Positions 56,731 through 63,695 of a stretch of DNA of 64,000 nucleotides are shown piece after piece. The first letter of the stretch is position 1. Each line of letters opens with the position of its first letter. The translations under genes were made by a program, and so were the position numbers. The stretch lies in the IMG/VR virus record IMGVR_UViG_3300017917_003521, one strand, 5' to 3'. The stretch comes from a virus (taxonomy: Duplodnaviria; Heunggongvirae; Uroviricota; Caudoviricetes). The notes below the pieces were generated by a model. It was not told where the DNA came from. It saw only the letters and a program-made list of their open reading frames with translations, and did no database searches.

Positions 56731-56739
56731 CTAAATATT

Positions 56740-56826
56740 GATTCTGTCGCTTAGTGGCTATAGCAACTGGCTTTTAACCAGTAGAGATAATGTTCTCAAC
56801 CGTGGGTTCGAGTCCCACCAGGATCA
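56740..56826 (+). tRNA. type-II-like tRNA (87 nt) with Lys anticodon UUU, A73 and 19-nt variable arm
   Basis: GATTCTG/CAGGATC acceptor. Anticodon arm ACTGG-CTTTTAA-CCAGT. Variable arm A-GAGA-TAATGT-TCTC-AACC. T-arm identical to the canonical Lys gene. Confidence 0.55.
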
Positions 56827-56832
56827 CAAAAC

Positions 56833-56916
56833 ACTCCTGTCGCTCAGAGGCCGAGAGCAACTGGCTTTTAACCAGTAGACGAAAGTCCATCGTAGGTTCG
56901 AATCCTACCAGGGGTA
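56833..56916 (+). tRNA. type-II-like tRNA (84 nt) with Lys anticodon UUU, A73 and 15-nt variable arm (GAC-GAAA-GTC)
   Basis: ACTCCTG/CAGGGGT acceptor. D-arm GCTC-AGAGGCCGA-GAGC. Anticodon arm ACTGG-CTTTTAA-CCAGT. Variable AGACGAAAGTCCATC. T-arm GTAGG-TTCGAAT-CCTAC. Confidence 0.55.
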
Positions 56917-56921
56917 CAAAT

Positions 56922-57006
56922 GACTCCGTTTCCGTAGAGGCCGAACGGTTCTGACTCTTAATCAGATGACGAAAGTCCACCGTGGGTTCGAATCCCACCG
57001 GGGTCA
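56922..57006 (+). tRNA. type-II-like tRNA (85 nt) with Lys anticodon CUU, A73 and 15-nt variable arm (GAC-GAAA-GTC)
   Basis: GACTCCG/CGGGGTC acceptor. Anticodon arm TCTGA-CTCTTAA-TCAGA. Variable TGACGAAAGTCCACC. T-arm GTGGG-TTCGAAT-CCCAC. Confidence 0.55.
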
Positions 57007-57009
57007 CAA

Positions 57010-57068
57010 ATTGAAACTAAAAACTAAAAAGTAATTTTTTAGATAATTTTATAGTTTTTAGTTTTAAT
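57010..57068 (+). repeat. AT-rich nested inverted repeat downstream of tRNA array
   Basis: AAACTAAAAACTAAAAAG pairs with AGTTTTTAGTTTT, and an inner CTAAAAAG / TTTTTTAG pairing lies inside it. Confidence 0.4.
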
Positions 57069-57092
57069 ATATACATGAAATAAAATATATTT

Positions 57093-57641
57093 TTGTGTAT
57101 GAAAGAAGAAATAATTAAACTAATAAATGAGGGTTTTACATATGATGATATTACTAAAAAATTAGGTTGTTCTAAAAGTACAATATCTTATCATTGTAAT
57201 AAATTAAATTTAAAAAGTAAAAGTAAAAATATAGATGTAAATAGTGAACTTGTAAATAAAATTAACGAATTGTATAAATGTGGAAATAGCTCTTATACAA
57301 TATCAAAAATTTTAGGAATTTCAAAAAGTACAGCTCTTAAATATATTAGTAAAGAAAATATAAGGACTAAGAAAAAAACTAAAACTAAAAAGGATAAGTC
57401 CGAATACATAATGAGATGGAAGAAAAATCTTAAAAAGAGTTTAGTTGAATACAAAGGATCTAAATGTGAAATTTGTGGATATGATAGATGTATAGAGGCT
57501 TTAGAATTTCATCACTCTGATCCAAGTAAAAAGGATTTTTCAATATCTACAAAATTATTTGGAATTGAAAAAATGAAAAAAGAAGTAGATAAATGTTTAC
57601 TGTTATGTTCTAATTGCCATAGAGAAAAACATTATTTATAA
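57093..57641 (+). CDS. HNH homing endonuclease with N-terminal HTH repeats
   Basis: C-terminal 'CEICGYDRCIEALEFHHSDPSKKDF...LLCSNCHREKH' is an HNH motif. It lies between the two tRNA arrays. Confidence 0.6.
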   Translation: MCMKEEIIKLINEGFTYDDITKKLGCSKSTISYHCNKLNLKSKSKNIDVNSELVNKINELYKCGNSSYTISKILGISKSTALKYISKENIRTKKKTKTKKDKSEYIMRWKKNLKKSLVEYKGSKCEICGYDRCIEALEFHHSDPSKKDFSISTKLFGIEKMKKEVDKCLLLCSNCHREKHYL

Positions 57642-57649
57642 TAAAATTA

Positions 57650-57779
57650 GGGGATGTAGCTCAGTGGTAGAGTTTAAAATATCTCTTTTGAGGTTTTACC
57701 TTGAAAAAGTGTTGATTAAAAGAGTTACTTCGTTTGAATTGAAATCAAAAGGTCGTTGGTTCGAATCCAACCATCCCCG
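57650..57779 (+). tRNA. tRNA-like gene with 59-nt insertion between D-arm and anticodon stem; type-I scaffold, anticodon UGA, G73
   Basis: 5' part GGGGATG-TA-GCTCAGTGGTAGAGT. 3' part TTTGA-ATTGAAA-TCAAA, AGGTC, GTTGG-TTCGAAT-CCAAC, CATCCCC-G. The acceptor pairs perfectly. The 59 nt at 57674-57732 form their own hairpin (CTCTTTT...AAAAGAG). Confidence 0.4.
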
Positions 57780-57790
57780 CTAAAAAAATA

Positions 57791-57822
57791 TTTGTAAATC
57801 TCAGAAAAAAGATTTACTTTTG
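57791..57822 (+). promoter_or_regulatory. Bacteroidetes-type promoter (TTTG ... TACTTTTG) upstream of second tRNA array
   Basis: TTTG 57791-57794 and TACTTTTG 57815-57822 with a 20-nt spacer. Confidence 0.45.
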
Positions 57823-57964
57823 TAGAAACAAAGAATAAAAAATTAATATATAATAAAGTTATGAAAACAATTATGCTTACATCGAAGTCGTCAAGTAGTC
57901 GCTCGTCAAAAACGAGTGAGGTTCGATCGTATTCATAATAGTCGTATAAATAAGATATTATGTA

Positions 57965-58000
57965 AACCCTTCGAACCAAAAGTTTGAAGGGTTTTTTGTT
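57965..58000 (+). terminator. strong hairpin plus T-tract immediately upstream of second tRNA array
   Basis: AACCCTTCGAAC...GTTTGAAGGGTT stem, then the same trailing motif TTTTTTGTTTTATATGG as at 56056. Confidence 0.55.
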
Positions 58001-58006
58001 TTATAT

Positions 58007-58079
58007 GGTTCCATCGTCCAATTGGACAGGACACTCCGCTACGAACGGAGAAATGAGGGTTCGAATCCTTCTGGAACTA
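58007..58079 (+). tRNA. tRNA-Arg(ACG)
   Basis: Acceptor GGTTCCA/TGGAACT (G1-U72). D-arm GTCC-AATTGGACA-GGAC. Anticodon arm CTCCG-CTACGAA-CGGAG. T-arm GAGGG-TTCGAAT-CCTTC. Confidence 0.65.
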
Positions 58080-58084
58080 CAAAT

Positions 58085-58168
58085 GGAGAAGTAATTTGGC
58101 CGGCGCCAAACACAGTCTTGAAAACTGCTGGTACCTTCGGGTATGGGGATCGACACCTCACTTCTCCG
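58085..58168 (+). tRNA. tRNA-Ser(UGA), type II, G73
   Basis: GGAGAAG/CTTCTCC acceptor. Anticodon arm ACAGT-CTTGAAA-ACTGC, the same loop as E. coli Ser UGA. Variable arm TGG-TACC-TTCG-GGTA. T-arm TGGGG-ATCGACA-CCTCA. Confidence 0.6.
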
Positions 58169-58173
58169 CAACC

Positions 58174-58256
58174 GGAAGGAGTCCGAATGGACGAGGACAC
58201 CGCCTTGAAAGCGGCTGGGTCGAAAGGCTTTGGGGGTTCGATTCCCTCTTCTTCCG
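58174..58256 (+). tRNA. tRNA-Ser(UGA), second copy, type II, G73
   Basis: GGAAGGA/TTCTTCC acceptor. Ser-like D-arm TCC-GAATGGACGA-GGA. Anticodon arm ACCGC-CTTGAAA-GCGGC. Variable arm with GAAA loop. T-arm GGGGG-TTCGATT-CCCTC. Confidence 0.55.
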
Positions 58257-58261
58257 CAACT

Positions 58262-58347
58262 GGAGAGTAAACTAGTCAGGGTACTAGCACCGCCTGCTAA
58301 GCGAGTGGCACGGTAAAACGTGTGAGTTTCGAATACTCTGCTCTCCG
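58262..58347 (+). tRNA. tRNA-Ser(GCU), type II, G73
   Basis: GGAGAGT/GCTCTCC acceptor. D-arm CTAG-TCAGGGTA-CTAG. Anticodon loop CTGCTAA. Variable arm CACG-GTAAAA-CGTG. Confidence 0.55.
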
Positions 58348-58354
58348 CTAAATT

Positions 58355-58440
58355 GGAGAATAAACTGATGAGGTCATCAGCCACGCCTGGAAAGCGTCGG
58401 GTACGTTCAATCGTATGGGTTTCGAGTACTCTGTTCTCCG
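58355..58440 (+). tRNA. tRNA-Ser(GGA), type II, G73
   Basis: GGAGAAT/GTTCTCC acceptor. D-arm CTGA-TGAGGTCA-TCAG. Anticodon loop CTGGAAA. Variable arm TACG-TTCAAT-CGTA. Confidence 0.6.
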
Positions 58441-58458
58441 CAACAAATAATAAATAAT

Positions 58459-58767
58459 ATGGAAGCAATTTACACAAGATTCTCAAGAAGAGAGACATCG
58501 TTTGAAAACACATTAATTCTTTTACAAGAATTGTTAAATGAAAGATTGTTACCAGATTACAAAAGAATTTGGGTTCAAGCTTCTAATTCCGGTAGAACAA
58601 GATTCTGCTTTACTATATTTCCTAATACAGGACAATATACTATGAGATTCCTAGATGCTGGCTCTTTTAGACAATTCAGAACAGATGGTAATTTAGAGGA
58701 AGAAATAGACTTAATAGAGAGGTTTATAGATTCTTTAAGATCTAATACACTAAATGGTGTTATATAA
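58459..58767 (+). CDS. hypothetical protein
   Basis: 102-aa ORF followed by a bidirectional terminator. Confidence 0.4.
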   Translation: MEAIYTRFSRRETSFENTLILLQELLNERLLPDYKRIWVQASNSGRTRFCFTIFPNTGQYTMRFLDAGSFRQFRTDGNLEEEIDLIERFIDSLRSNTLNGVI

Positions 58768-58794
58768 AAAAGAGGCATTTGCCTCTTTTTTTTA
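58766..58794. terminator. bidirectional intrinsic terminator
   Basis: AAGAGGC / GCCTCTT stem flanked by A6 and T8. Confidence 0.6.
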
Positions 58795-60444
58795 ATATAC
58801 TTTTCTTAAAACAAACATAGTGGAATATATTATGTTACTTGTACTTGCTGTGTTCCACTCTGCTGTGATACTTAATGTATTAGATATTGTTGTATCAAAT
58901 GTTGTACTATTTATAGTACTAAAATCAGAACCCTCAAGTGTTACACCTGAGTCCTTAATATAAGTAAATGCACCTGAAGATGCTATAACTGCTATACCAG
59001 CCGGACCTACATTTCTTATTGTAAATAAAACCTCGACATTCCAGTTTCTATCTGTTGATGTATCTAAGTCTATAGCTCCCGTATCTGCAAATAAAACACC
59101 AGCGATTGTTTTTATTCTAATAGTAAGAGTAGCTGTACCTAAACATGATATTTTACCAGCCATTCTCAAGAAATAACTATCACCTATAGCAAAATTATTT
59201 GCCGGAACTGTATAAGCCCCAACTCCTGTACCAATTAAACTTGTTTCAACTACTGTGTTTGTTATGGTATTTCCATTTGATGTTTGAGCAAATAATCCAA
59301 CTGGTGGTGTTGATCCTGATGTACCTGATGAACCGGATGTTCCACTTGTTCCTGATGAACCGCTAGTTCCTGATGAACCGCTAGTTCCTGATGAACCTGA
59401 TGAACCATCAGCTCCAAAAAGTGAATAACTAATTGAATATGTTTTTGTATCTTGATAATTACCTACTGAACCAGATATAAATGAAACATTTAGTTGAATA
59501 TATGTTGTGTTATCGACCGATGAAGTAACAGAATATAAGCCAAAACGAGATGTATCTTCAATATCTGTTATTTTTATATGAGCCTTTGAGTTATAAGAAT
59601 TTACATAATCATTAAGAGATAACAACCAATTATATACATTTGTTGAATTTAAATCATTTATATTAATATAAATTACTGTAGATGAATTTATAACTGGAGT
59701 ATCTGTGTCAAATCCTTGACTTGAAGAACCCACACTACCTAACGAATATATCCATCTTAAACTATTAGACCCATCTAAACCACTAGATCCTTGAGATCCT
59801 TGAGCACCACTTGTACCAGAAGATCCAGATGTACCACTAGACCCTGAAGTACCAGAAGATCCAGCCGAACCAACAGTACCTGATGTTATCCATCCTATAG
59901 AATAACTACTACCACTGGTTACTGAACCATTATATGATATCATCGTACAACTAAAATCCCAGAAAGTTCCTAGGTCATTAGAAGTCATTACTTGAAATAT
60001 AGCGTAATTGTTAGGTGAACCAGCCTCTGATATTTGTAAATATCCTTGTCCTGAATATAGTGATATATAAGTACCTAATGATGATAACCAGTTCTGAGCA
60101 TTACCATTTGCTGATGTATAGTTTATTTTGACATTATTAGAGGGTGATGATAAAGGTCCTGTTAAACTAAACTGACCATTTACTGTTTCAAGTCCATTTA
60201 CCCATCTTAAATTATTAGATCCATCTGCACCTTGTGCACCATTAACACCTGAAGTTCCACTGGATCCTGAAGTTCCACTTGATCCACTTGATCCTGTTCC
60301 TGCACCTGAACCTACTTCAGATACGGTTCCTGTGTCTGTTTTTATTCTAAGTTTTCCATCTAGGTCTAGTGCTAATAAAATACCAGATGATGGAGTTGGT
60401 GCTCCTGTAACATCGATATATGTCGAAAATAAAATTGAACTCAT
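58792..60444 (-). CDS. collagen-like repeat (GSSGTSG) fiber protein
   Basis: Three blocks of 'GSSGTSGSSGTSG' triplets within a 550-aa S/T/N-rich protein, paralogous to the repeats in 2-943. Confidence 0.55.
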   Translation of the reverse strand: MSSILFSTYIDVTGAPTPSSGILLALDLDGKLRIKTDTGTVSEVGSGAGTGSSGSSGTSGSSGTSGVNGAQGADGSNNLRWVNGLETVNGQFSLTGPLSSPSNNVKINYTSANGNAQNWLSSLGTYISLYSGQGYLQISEAGSPNNYAIFQVMTSNDLGTFWDFSCTMISYNGSVTSGSSYSIGWITSGTVGSAGSSGTSGSSGTSGSSGTSGAQGSQGSSGLDGSNSLRWIYSLGSVGSSSQGFDTDTPVINSSTVIYININDLNSTNVYNWLLSLNDYVNSYNSKAHIKITDIEDTSRFGLYSVTSSVDNTTYIQLNVSFISGSVGNYQDTKTYSISYSLFGADGSSGSSGTSGSSGTSGSSGTSGTSGSSGTSGSTPPVGLFAQTSNGNTITNTVVETSLIGTGVGAYTVPANNFAIGDSYFLRMAGKISCLGTATLTIRIKTIAGVLFADTGAIDLDTSTDRNWNVEVLFTIRNVGPAGIAVIASSGAFTYIKDSGVTLEGSDFSTINSTTFDTTISNTLSITAEWNTASTSNIIYSTMFVLRKVY

Positions 60445-60524
60445 CTATATTGGTTTATTTTTAATAATCTATATATTTATTTTGATAAATGCCATTTATT
60501 TTTTATTTTTGTTAAAATTTTAAT

Positions 60525-60917
60525 ATGGGACATTGTATATCAATATATCTAATGAATAAGTCAGAATTAAGAGATCATAAAATTAATTCTGTGCTAGAAG
60601 ACAAGAATTCTAAAGAAATAAAATGGGTTGAGCTTGATTCAGGTGTAGTAGCAACAACTCACATTCCAAACATCAGAGACTACGGAAAAGACAAAACAAT
60701 TGCTAAAATATCAACCGATTATTTTGGTGGTGCCGGACACCAAGAAGCAAAACTATTTATTAATAACAAAAAAGAATACGACCAATCAAGTGAGTTTGAT
60801 TGGTCTACTAGACCTATTAATGATGTTTTAAAATTAATGGGTATTAATAAAAAAGACGGAATGGATGAATTTGATACCATTGGTCTAAGTAGGTATCGTT
60901 CAAATGGAGACTTTTAA
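60525..60917 (+). CDS. hypothetical protein
   Basis: 130-aa ORF. Confidence 0.35.
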   Translation: MGHCISIYLMNKSELRDHKINSVLEDKNSKEIKWVELDSGVVATTHIPNIRDYGKDKTIAKISTDYFGGAGHQEAKLFINNKKEYDQSSEFDWSTRPINDVLKLMGINKKDGMDEFDTIGLSRYRSNGDF

Positions 60918-60918
60918 T

Positions 60919-61095
60919 ATGAGTGAGTCAAAGATTATAAAACTAATATTAGTAATTTCTATGCTTTCTTTAGCTTTTTTTACAGGCAAAGAATGTATCT
61001 TATCTACATTAATATACTATAAGATACTAATGGGATCATTCTTCTTATTTTTTATATACGAAGCAATGAGAATTTATTCAATAAAAACAAAATAA
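60919..61095 (+). CDS. small membrane protein
   Basis: Internal ATG (MSESK) of track ORF 60904-61095, with two hydrophobic helices. Confidence 0.3.
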   Translation: MSESKIIKLILVISMLSLAFFTGKECILSTLIYYKILMGSFFLFFIYEAMRIYSIKTK

Positions 61096-61098
61096 TAT

Positions 61099-62169
61099 AT
61101 GAAGATAAACGAAAAATTTCTAGAAAGCTATTTAAATAGCAATTCACCAACCGGTTTTGAGTATGAACTAGGTGGTCAAAAAGTTTGGATGGATTATATC
61201 TCCAAGTTTGTAAACAAGGTAGACATTGATAACTATGGCACTGCATATGGTGTTATGGGTAATATGAACTCTGATTTCAAAGTGGTAATTGAAGCACACT
61301 CTGATGAAATCTCTTGGTTTGTAAATCACATTGATTCAAATGGCTACATTAAAGTAATTAAAAACGGTGGTTCTGATGCTCAGATTGCTCCTTCAATGAG
61401 AGTAACACTTTGGGGTGAAAAAGGACCAGTAGATGGTATCTTTGGTCATCCAGCAATTCACATTCACTATCGTAAAGATAAAGTAGACTTAGATTCTATT
61501 TTTATTGATGTTGGTGCTGCTAATAAAGATGAAGTAATTGAAATAGGTATTAAAGTAGGAACTGTAGTTACTTTCAAAGATGGTTTTATGAAGTTGAATA
61601 AAAACTACTACACTGGTCGTGCTTTAGATAACCGTATTGGTGGTTTTATGATTGCTGAAGTTGCTCGTAGATTAAAAGAAAAAGGCAAAGAACTTCCTTA
61701 TCAATTGTATATTGTTAACTCAGTTCAAGAAGAAATTGGTCTTCGTGGTGCTGAAATGATTGCTCAAACAATTAAACCAAATGTGGCAATTATTACTGAT
61801 GTTTGTCATGAAACATCTGCTCCTTGTTACACTGCTTCTAAAGAAGGTGAATCGGTTGCTGGTCAAGGTGGTGTTATTACAAGAGCTCCGGCCGTTCATA
61901 ATAAACTAAGAAAGTTAGTACTTGATGTTGCTAATGATAAAGAAATTCCTTTTCAATTGTCGGCTTCTTCTCGTTCAACAGGAACAGACACAGAATCATT
62001 TGCTTATTCAAATGGTGGTGTTCCTTCGGTTTTGGTTTCACTTCCTTTGAAGTATATGCACACAACTTGTGAAACTTGTCATAAAGACGATGTTGAAAAT
62101 GTTATTAAGTTAATCTATCACACACTCTTGAGTATACAAGAAAATCATAATTTTAAGTATAACTCTTAA
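61099..62169 (+). CDS. M42-family (TET/FrvX-like) aminopeptidase
   Basis: 'FKVVIEAHSDEISWFVNHI' is the M42 H.DE.G-type motif. The length fits, and a terminator follows at 62176-62201. Confidence 0.55.
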   Translation: MKINEKFLESYLNSNSPTGFEYELGGQKVWMDYISKFVNKVDIDNYGTAYGVMGNMNSDFKVVIEAHSDEISWFVNHIDSNGYIKVIKNGGSDAQIAPSMRVTLWGEKGPVDGIFGHPAIHIHYRKDKVDLDSIFIDVGAANKDEVIEIGIKVGTVVTFKDGFMKLNKNYYTGRALDNRIGGFMIAEVARRLKEKGKELPYQLYIVNSVQEEIGLRGAEMIAQTIKPNVAIITDVCHETSAPCYTASKEGESVAGQGGVITRAPAVHNKLRKLVLDVANDKEIPFQLSASSRSTGTDTESFAYSNGGVPSVLVSLPLKYMHTTCETCHKDDVENVIKLIYHTLLSIQENHNFKYNS

Positions 62170-62175
62170 AAAGAA

Positions 62176-62201
62176 AACCCACTCATTTGAGTGGGTTTTT
62201 T
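62176..62201. terminator. bidirectional intrinsic terminator
   Basis: AACCCACTCA / TGAGTGGGTT stem flanked by A-run and T6. Confidence 0.6.
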
Positions 62202-62202
62202 A

Positions 62203-62565
62203 TTAATATTTAGGTATTTTCATATCTGTTGTTATTTCAATTTTGAAATTGAAACCAGTATCATCATCTGTACTATATTTAACTTCAGAGTCATAGTCAC
62301 CACCAAATGTTGTTGGTTTTGGTCCATACATTCTAGCTCTTCTTCTTTCTTCTTCATCTCTTAATTTGGCTTCATGTTTAGCAACCAACTCTTCAAATGT
62401 TAAGTTCATATCAGGATTCTCAACAGGTTGTTCTCCTCTTGTTGAGAATTGTTGAGGTTGATGTCCGTACTTTCTAAGAAGTTGTTCAGCTTCCCAACTA
62501 TCGATATTAGCTGGTTGTGTTGTTTCTTCTTGATTCTGTATAATTCTTACTTCTGGTCTATTCAT
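62203..62565 (-). CDS. hypothetical protein
   Basis: 120-aa ORF. Confidence 0.4.
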   Translation of the reverse strand: MNRPEVRIIQNQEETTQPANIDSWEAEQLLRKYGHQPQQFSTRGEQPVENPDMNLTFEELVAKHEAKLRDEEERRRARMYGPKPTTFGGDYDSEVKYSTDDDTGFNFKIEITTDMKIPKY

Positions 62566-62569
62566 AAGA

Positions 62570-63001
62570 TTAGTTTATTTTATCTAAATATATTTCATTT
62601 CCATATCTATCTAATTCCCAACCTTCTATTGGATTATTTTTTAGATATCTGTAATATATTTTGGTTCTTTTTGTTATTGGTTCACTTTCAGTTCCTTTAC
62701 CAAGACCCTTAATTGTAATCATTTCACACCAAGGATTTTTCTGAATAAAGTCAGGTATAATTAAACCAAAGATAGTTTTTAACAATCTATATATGTTTGT
62801 TTGTACAATATCAAAAGTCCAATCTGAACCACTTTTAACACGATAAAGTATTTCTACTTCGCCTTGAGGTTTTCTGTCTATTTCAACTCTAAATTCATTT
62901 TGACCATCTGAAAAAAAATAGTAATAGGTAGCCTCTTGTAGACCACCATATTCAAATGAATAAGACTCAACAAATTCAAATATTTGTTTTATAAACTTCA
63001 T
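62570..63001 (-). CDS. hypothetical protein
   Basis: 143-aa ORF. Confidence 0.4.
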   Translation of the reverse strand: MKFIKQIFEFVESYSFEYGGLQEATYYYFFSDGQNEFRVEIDRKPQGEVEILYRVKSGSDWTFDIVQTNIYRLLKTIFGLIIPDFIQKNPWCEMITIKGLGKGTESEPITKRTKIYYRYLKNNPIEGWELDRYGNEIYLDKIN

Positions 63002-63065
63002 ATCATATATATTAATAAACTTAGTTGATAATAGTAATATAATAATAAAAAAAACAAAGTTATAA

Positions 63066-63695
63066 ATGGCAAATGGTGTCTATAAAATAACAGAAGACTT
63101 TGAAAAAGCTTTGTCCGATTATACAGGTGCTCCCTATGTAGTAACAGTTGACAATCAAAGTAATGCACTTTTTCTTGCTCTAATGTATGAAAAAGTATGC
63201 GGTATGGAAATTACTATACCATCAAGAACTTATCCTTCAGTTCCTTGTGAAATTATTCATGCTGGGGCAAAAGTAAAATTTGAACCAGTTGAAGGAAAAA
63301 CAATTAAAGGCGCTTATCAGTTATCACCAACAAATGTTTGGGACTCTGCTTTAAGTTTTACTGCTGATATGTATAAACCGGGAACTCATATGTGTATATC
63401 ATTTACTGGGCCTTACAAGCACTTTAAATTGAGTAAAGGCGGTGCTATTCTTACTGATAGTCTAGAAGCATATCATTGGTTCAAAAGAGCAAGATATTCT
63501 GGTAGAAGAGAATGTTCATATCACGATGATCATTTTGATATGTTAGGTTGGAACTTTTATATGATGCCAGAATTGGCAACAAGAGGTTTATTATTAATGA
63601 ATCAGTTTTATAATACGGATGGTACTAAAAAACACAATGATGATTTAGAGTTACCATATCCTGATTTATCAAAATTTGAAATTTATACAAAGTGA
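63066..63695 (+). CDS. short DegT/DnrJ/EryC1-like (sugar aminotransferase-fold) protein
   Basis: 'FEKALSDYTGAPYVVTVDNQSNALFLAL' resembles the DegT N-terminal motif. 'SFTGPYKHFKLSKGGAILTD' resembles the PLP-lysine region. At 209 aa it is far shorter than canonical enzymes. Confidence 0.35.
   Translation: MANGVYKITEDFEKALSDYTGAPYVVTVDNQSNALFLALMYEKVCGMEITIPSRTYPSVPCEIIHAGAKVKFEPVEGKTIKGAYQLSPTNVWDSALSFTADMYKPGTHMCISFTGPYKHFKLSKGGAILTDSLEAYHWFKRARYSGRRECSYHDDHFDMLGWNFYMMPELATRGLLLMNQFYNTDGTKKHNDDLELPYPDLSKFEIYTK

Noticed and set aside
56484-57007. Track ORFs 56484-56672(-) and 56774-57007(-)
   Set aside because: They overlap tRNA genes in the first array and are spurious.
57650-57779. Group I self-splicing intron inside the tRNA
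   Set aside because: The insertion is only 59 nt, far below the group I minimum of about 200 nt. No P, Q, R or S elements were recognisable. It is kept as an unexplained insertion instead.
57880-57960. Extra tRNA suggested by the T-loop-like GGTTCGATCG
   Set aside because: No complementary acceptor strands or anticodon arm could be formed around it.
56072-58440. CRISPR array
   Set aside because: The repetitive GC-rich units are tRNA genes of differing sequence, not identical direct repeats with unique spacers. No cas genes are present.
58001-58513. 170-aa minus-strand ORF and 82-aa plus-strand ORF (58022-58270) from the six-frame track
   Set aside because: Both lie entirely over the GC-rich tRNA array at 58007-58440. 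Open frames are expected by chance there, and the tRNA folds are strong.
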